DNA of 64,000 nucleotides from an uncultured Alphaproteobacteria bacterium (GTDB lineage Bacteria; Pseudomonadota; Alphaproteobacteria; JAJTHO01; G963706365): NCBI GenBank assembly GCA_963706365.1, contig OY970150.1, positions 1,005,864 to 1,069,863 of the forward strand, read 5' to 3'. Shown piece by piece: positions 60,884 to 64,000 of this stretch (position 1 is its first letter; each line of letters starts with the position of its first letter). The notes under the pieces were generated by a model. It saw only the letters and a program-made list of their open reading frames with translations, ran no database searches and was not told where the DNA came from. The position numbers and the translations under genes were made by a program.

Positions 60884-62035
60884 ATGGCAGGCTTAGGAGA
60901 AAATACCGCATTAACCAATGAGTTGCTATTACGCGCCCTGGAGCCATTCAAGGTTTACTACGATGACCCTGCCAATGAGGAAATTGCCATTAACCGGCCT
61001 GGCGAAATTTTTGTAAAAATTCGTGGCGAAGGCTGGACACCGGTTGAAGTTGAAGCCATTAGCATGAATCGTATTTTTGCCTTGTGCCGCATGCTGGCCA
61101 ATGTAACTGATCAAAGCTTTAACATGAACGCGGTGCCAATCCTGGCCGCAACCTTGCCTGGTGGACATCGGTTTCAAGCTATTTTGGGCCCCAACGTGCG
61201 TTACAGTATGGAAGATACGCACGGCATTGCCATGTGTATTCGTCGGTTTAATGCCGAACACAAATTCCGGTTGGATGATTTCCAGCTAAAACCCGGTGAA
61301 AAGCCAAAACAAATTGAAGCCGCAAAACTGGAACGCAACCAGAAAAAACGTTATTCAGACTTCCCTTACGAAGATCTTATCGGTGCCGTTGATGAAGGGG
61401 AAGCCGTTTTAATTTCCGGTGCAACATCGACGGGTAAAACAACATTCCTGAATGCCCTGGTGGAATATATTCCCCGGGATCGTCGCTTAATTACGGTGGA
61501 AGATACGCGCGAAATTATGGTGCCCCATCGCAATCGGGTACACTTTGTGGTTTCCAGAACAGAATCAGCCAACGCCGTAACCTATACGCATATTTTGGAT
61601 ACTATTGTGCGGATGACCCCTGATATTATTATCTGTGGGGAGATTTCTATTGTGAACTCTAAAAGTATTTATCGTTTGATGACCACTGGCCACTCAAACT
61701 TTATGGCAACCATTCACGCCGAAAGCCCGGAAATGGCTTTACGTGCTTTCTGGCAGAACCTAGCACAGGCCGACCCTGGGCTAGATTCCGAAGCAGCAGT
61801 AGAAATTCTATCTCGCTCTTTTGGCCGTATTGTGCAAATTGACCGTTCCAGCGGCCAGCGCGTTATTACTGCTGTGGATGCACCGAATATTGTAAAAAGT
61901 GCCATTTATAATGCCACCAGAGAAGGGGTAACACCACAAGAGCTTGCAAAACAAAGACAAATCGCTGAAAATGAGGCCTATGCCCTGCAACGCGACGCCG
62001 ACATGGAGAAAAAGTTTGTTGAAGCAGGTAAATAA
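60884..62035 (+). CDS. virB11: T4SS ATPase VirB11/TrbB family
   Basis: 383 aa. Walker A ISGATSTGKTTFLNAL, Asp box ITVEDTREI, Walker B RMTPDIIICGEI, His box TGHSNFMATIHA. Confidence 0.9.
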   Translation: MAGLGENTALTNELLLRALEPFKVYYDDPANEEIAINRPGEIFVKIRGEGWTPVEVEAISMNRIFALCRMLANVTDQSFNMNAVPILAATLPGGHRFQAILGPNVRYSMEDTHGIAMCIRRFNAEHKFRLDDFQLKPGEKPKQIEAAKLERNQKKRYSDFPYEDLIGAVDEGEAVLISGATSTGKTTFLNALVEYIPRDRRLITVEDTREIMVPHRNRVHFVVSRTESANAVTYTHILDTIVRMTPDIIICGEISIVNSKSIYRLMTTGHSNFMATIHAESPEMALRAFWQNLAQADPGLDSEAAVEILSRSFGRIVQIDRSSGQRVITAVDAPNIVKSAIYNATREGVTPQELAKQRQIAENEAYALQRDADMEKKFVEAGK

Positions 62036-62088
62036 TAAGACATTCAAAACAGTATGGTTATTAATGCCTGCTGTTAAAAGGAACTGTT

Positions 62089-64000
62089 ATGGCTAATAAA
62101 GCTGCTGATACTGGTGAGCGCGATGTCGCCATCAAGCACCTTTTAAAAGGGCTGGGTATTGCTATTGCCATTTATCTGGGGATGTTGATTCTTACAACCA
62201 TCAGTTTTGCCTACTGGAAATATGGTGTTAAAGCCGGAACCACAGAAATGGTGGTTGACTATCTCAAGACCATTGTTAACCCCATTAAATTTTACGGCTT
62301 TTACAGTGGCTGGATGGATAACAAGACGTTCGATCAATACGATTGGCGTATTTTTGGTTTTCCAACAGAAATATTTTTTTCTGCCATCAGCGGTATAACT
62401 TTCCTTTTCATCTGGGCAGCCAGCAACCCTGGCTCCTTTGCGAATACTTCTTTGGGGAATGCCCGCATGGCGAAAACCGAAGATATTATGCGGATGAAAC
62501 TGCTGGGTGCTAAAAAGCCATTGATTGTTTTGGGCGAATGGCAAAAGAAATTTTTGATGCTGCCGGAAACCCTTTCCGTGCTTTGTGTTGCCCCACCTGG
62601 TACTGGTAAAACCACCGCTATCGTTATTCCAACTATTTTAACCAACAATGAAGTTTCCATGTTGATTAACGATGTAAAGCCGGAATTATTTGATCAAACC
62701 AGCCATGCACGTTCCAGGCACAGCCATTGCTTCCGTTTGGAATGGGCAGCCTCTGATCAACCGGAAAAAGGCATCTTCTTGCCTCGCTGGAACGCCTTGT
62801 CGCCACTCTCTATGCCACCCAAGGGACCAAACCGCGATTTATATATTGAACGACTTGTCGGTATTATTGTGGAAGAGCCAGAGGGAAATGCTGACCCGCA
62901 CTGGACGAAAAAAGGGCGGGCAACACTGGCTGGTTTTATTCACTACCTGGTCGGTAAATGTGAGTCTGGCAATTATGATGGCTTGCCAGAAGATTGGGTT
63001 GGTAAAGAACCCTCTATTCCCATGTTGCTAGATTGGATGACAGCCTCTATTCGTCGGGCGGAAAAGCAACAGGAAGAAGCCCGCGCCAAGAGTGGCCCCA
63101 TGGCCGTGATGGGGATGGATCCCATGAAAGACTTTTTGCGCAACGCGGCCAACGAAGCCGAAGAAAACGATTATTCAAAACGTGCGGTGATGGAATTAAC
63201 CGCCATTGCCAACACGCCGGATAAAGAGCGTGGCTCTATTCTTTCTACGATGGATAGTGGTTTAATTATTTTCCGTAACAGTGCGGTGCGCGACCGTACC
63301 ATGAAAAGTGATTTTGCTTTCAAAGAATTTCGCGGCATTCAAGACCCGAATACTGGTAAATGGACACCCCTAACGGTTTATATCTGTGTAAACCAGGAAG
63401 ATGCCCGTTCTTTGGGTATTATTACAGGCCTGCTGGTTGAAGCACTGTCTGCCTATCTGGTGGCACACCCGCCAAATGGTACGGCACGAAATGGTGATAA
63501 ACTAGGGCCTTGTGATGTGTTATTTGTGCTGGATGAGTTTCCGCAGATGCCCAAACTACAGGCCTTGATTGATGGCCCGGCTGTGGGTCGTGGTCAGCGC
63601 GTAAGTTATTTGATGATCGGGCAGGATTTGGGCCAGATTAAGGCAAAATACGGTGAAGATGAAATGGAAACAGTGATTTCCACAACCGCGGCCAAAGTAA
63701 TTCTACCGTTGAACAACGAGGTTACCGCAAAACGTTTTTCCGAAATGGTGGGTCAATACACGTTGGAACTACGTTCAAAATCCCGAACCCACGGTTTATC
63801 AAAAGAAACCAACCCCTTTGCCTTTAATATTCAACGTTCGTTACAGGGGCAGCCCTTGCTACGGCCAGAAGACTTTATGTCTATTCCGGCTGGTAAACAC
63901 TATGTGCTTTATCAGGGCAATAAAAACCGTCCTATTAAGTGTGATACCCCTGCCTATTATGCGCATAAAGAACTGAAAAAGTTGGTTTATGCTCCAGCTT
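62089..64000 (+). CDS. virD4: T4SS coupling protein VirD4/TraG family (3' end beyond window)
   Basis: ATG at 62089. Two N-terminal TM helices, Walker A CVAPPGTGKTT, a Walker B-like segment (VLFVLDEFPQM), and a long cytoplasmic domain. The ORF is still open at position 64000. Confidence 0.85.
   Translation, partial: MANKAADTGERDVAIKHLLKGLGIAIAIYLGMLILTTISFAYWKYGVKAGTTEMVVDYLKTIVNPIKFYGFYSGWMDNKTFDQYDWRIFGFPTEIFFSAISGITFLFIWAASNPGSFANTSLGNARMAKTEDIMRMKLLGAKKPLIVLGEWQKKFLMLPETLSVLCVAPPGTGKTTAIVIPTILTNNEVSMLINDVKPELFDQTSHARSRHSHCFRLEWAASDQPEKGIFLPRWNALSPLSMPPKGPNRDLYIERLVGIIVEEPEGNADPHWTKKGRATLAGFIHYLVGKCESGNYDGLPEDWVGKEPSIPMLLDWMTASIRRAEKQQEEARAKSGPMAVMGMDPMKDFLRNAANEAEENDYSKRAVMELTAIANTPDKERGSILSTMDSGLIIFRNSAVRDRTMKSDFAFKEFRGIQDPNTGKWTPLTVYICVNQEDARSLGIITGLLVEALSAYLVAHPPNGTARNGDKLGPCDVLFVLDEFPQMPKLQALIDGPAVGRGQRVSYLMIGQDLGQIKAKYGEDEMETVISTTAAKVILPLNNEVTAKRFSEMVGQYTLELRSKSRTHGLSKETNPFAFNIQRSLQGQPLLRPEDFMSIPAGKHYVLYQGNKNRPIKCDTPAYYAHKELKKLVYAPA

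Noticed and set aside
62143-62660. 133-aa and 108-aa minus-strand ORFs
   Set aside because: They are antisense to virD4, whose translation has clear Walker A and TM features. Spurious.

Overview
This 64-kb window looks like a chromosomal segment from a moderately AT-rich Gram-negative bacterium, most consistent with a host-associated alphaproteobacterium (Rickettsiales/Holosporales-like). The gene-content clues are tRNA-Trp-secE-nusG, a gcvT-gcvH-gcvPA cluster behind a candidate glycine riboswitch, an adjacent hisC/IMPase pair, RpoH, an MscS pair, and VirB10-like/VirB11/VirD4 type IV secretion genes at the 3' end. I call about 55 protein-coding genes and 3 tRNAs (Thr-CGU, His-GUG, Trp-CCA). 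The accessory content is: (1) a tightly coupled T1SS locus with a 2267-aa RTX-repeat giant protein followed by a MotA-like (458 aa) and MotB-like (192 aa) pair, TolC, ABC exporter and HlyD adaptor, an arrangement like Salmonella SPI-4 siiABCDEF; (2) a second T1SS-type substrate of 1121 aa with Calx-beta repeats and an RTX C-terminus; (3) an orphan lipoprotein secretin; (4) a TauD-like dioxygenase/sulfotransferase fusion; (5) a 696-aa protein with a C-terminal GT4 glycosyltransferase domain; (6) an IS5-family element whose transposase carries an in-frame 54-nt insertion with a stop codon; (7) an orphan PIN/VapC; (8) at least three copies of a ~128-bp palindromic MITE/RPE-like element and a ~150-bp x 4.3 tandem array built on a related 30-bp hairpin motif. 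At least eight genes (corA-like, nrdB twice, ArsR-family, gcvT twice, hlyD, phaR, plus a HepT/HI0074-like remnant) have reading frames broken at short homopolymers (G3-4, A5-8, C2). That pattern points either to indel sequencing errors or to genuine genome decay with possible slippage rescue. All calls are from reading the sequence and ORF translations; no database searches were run.
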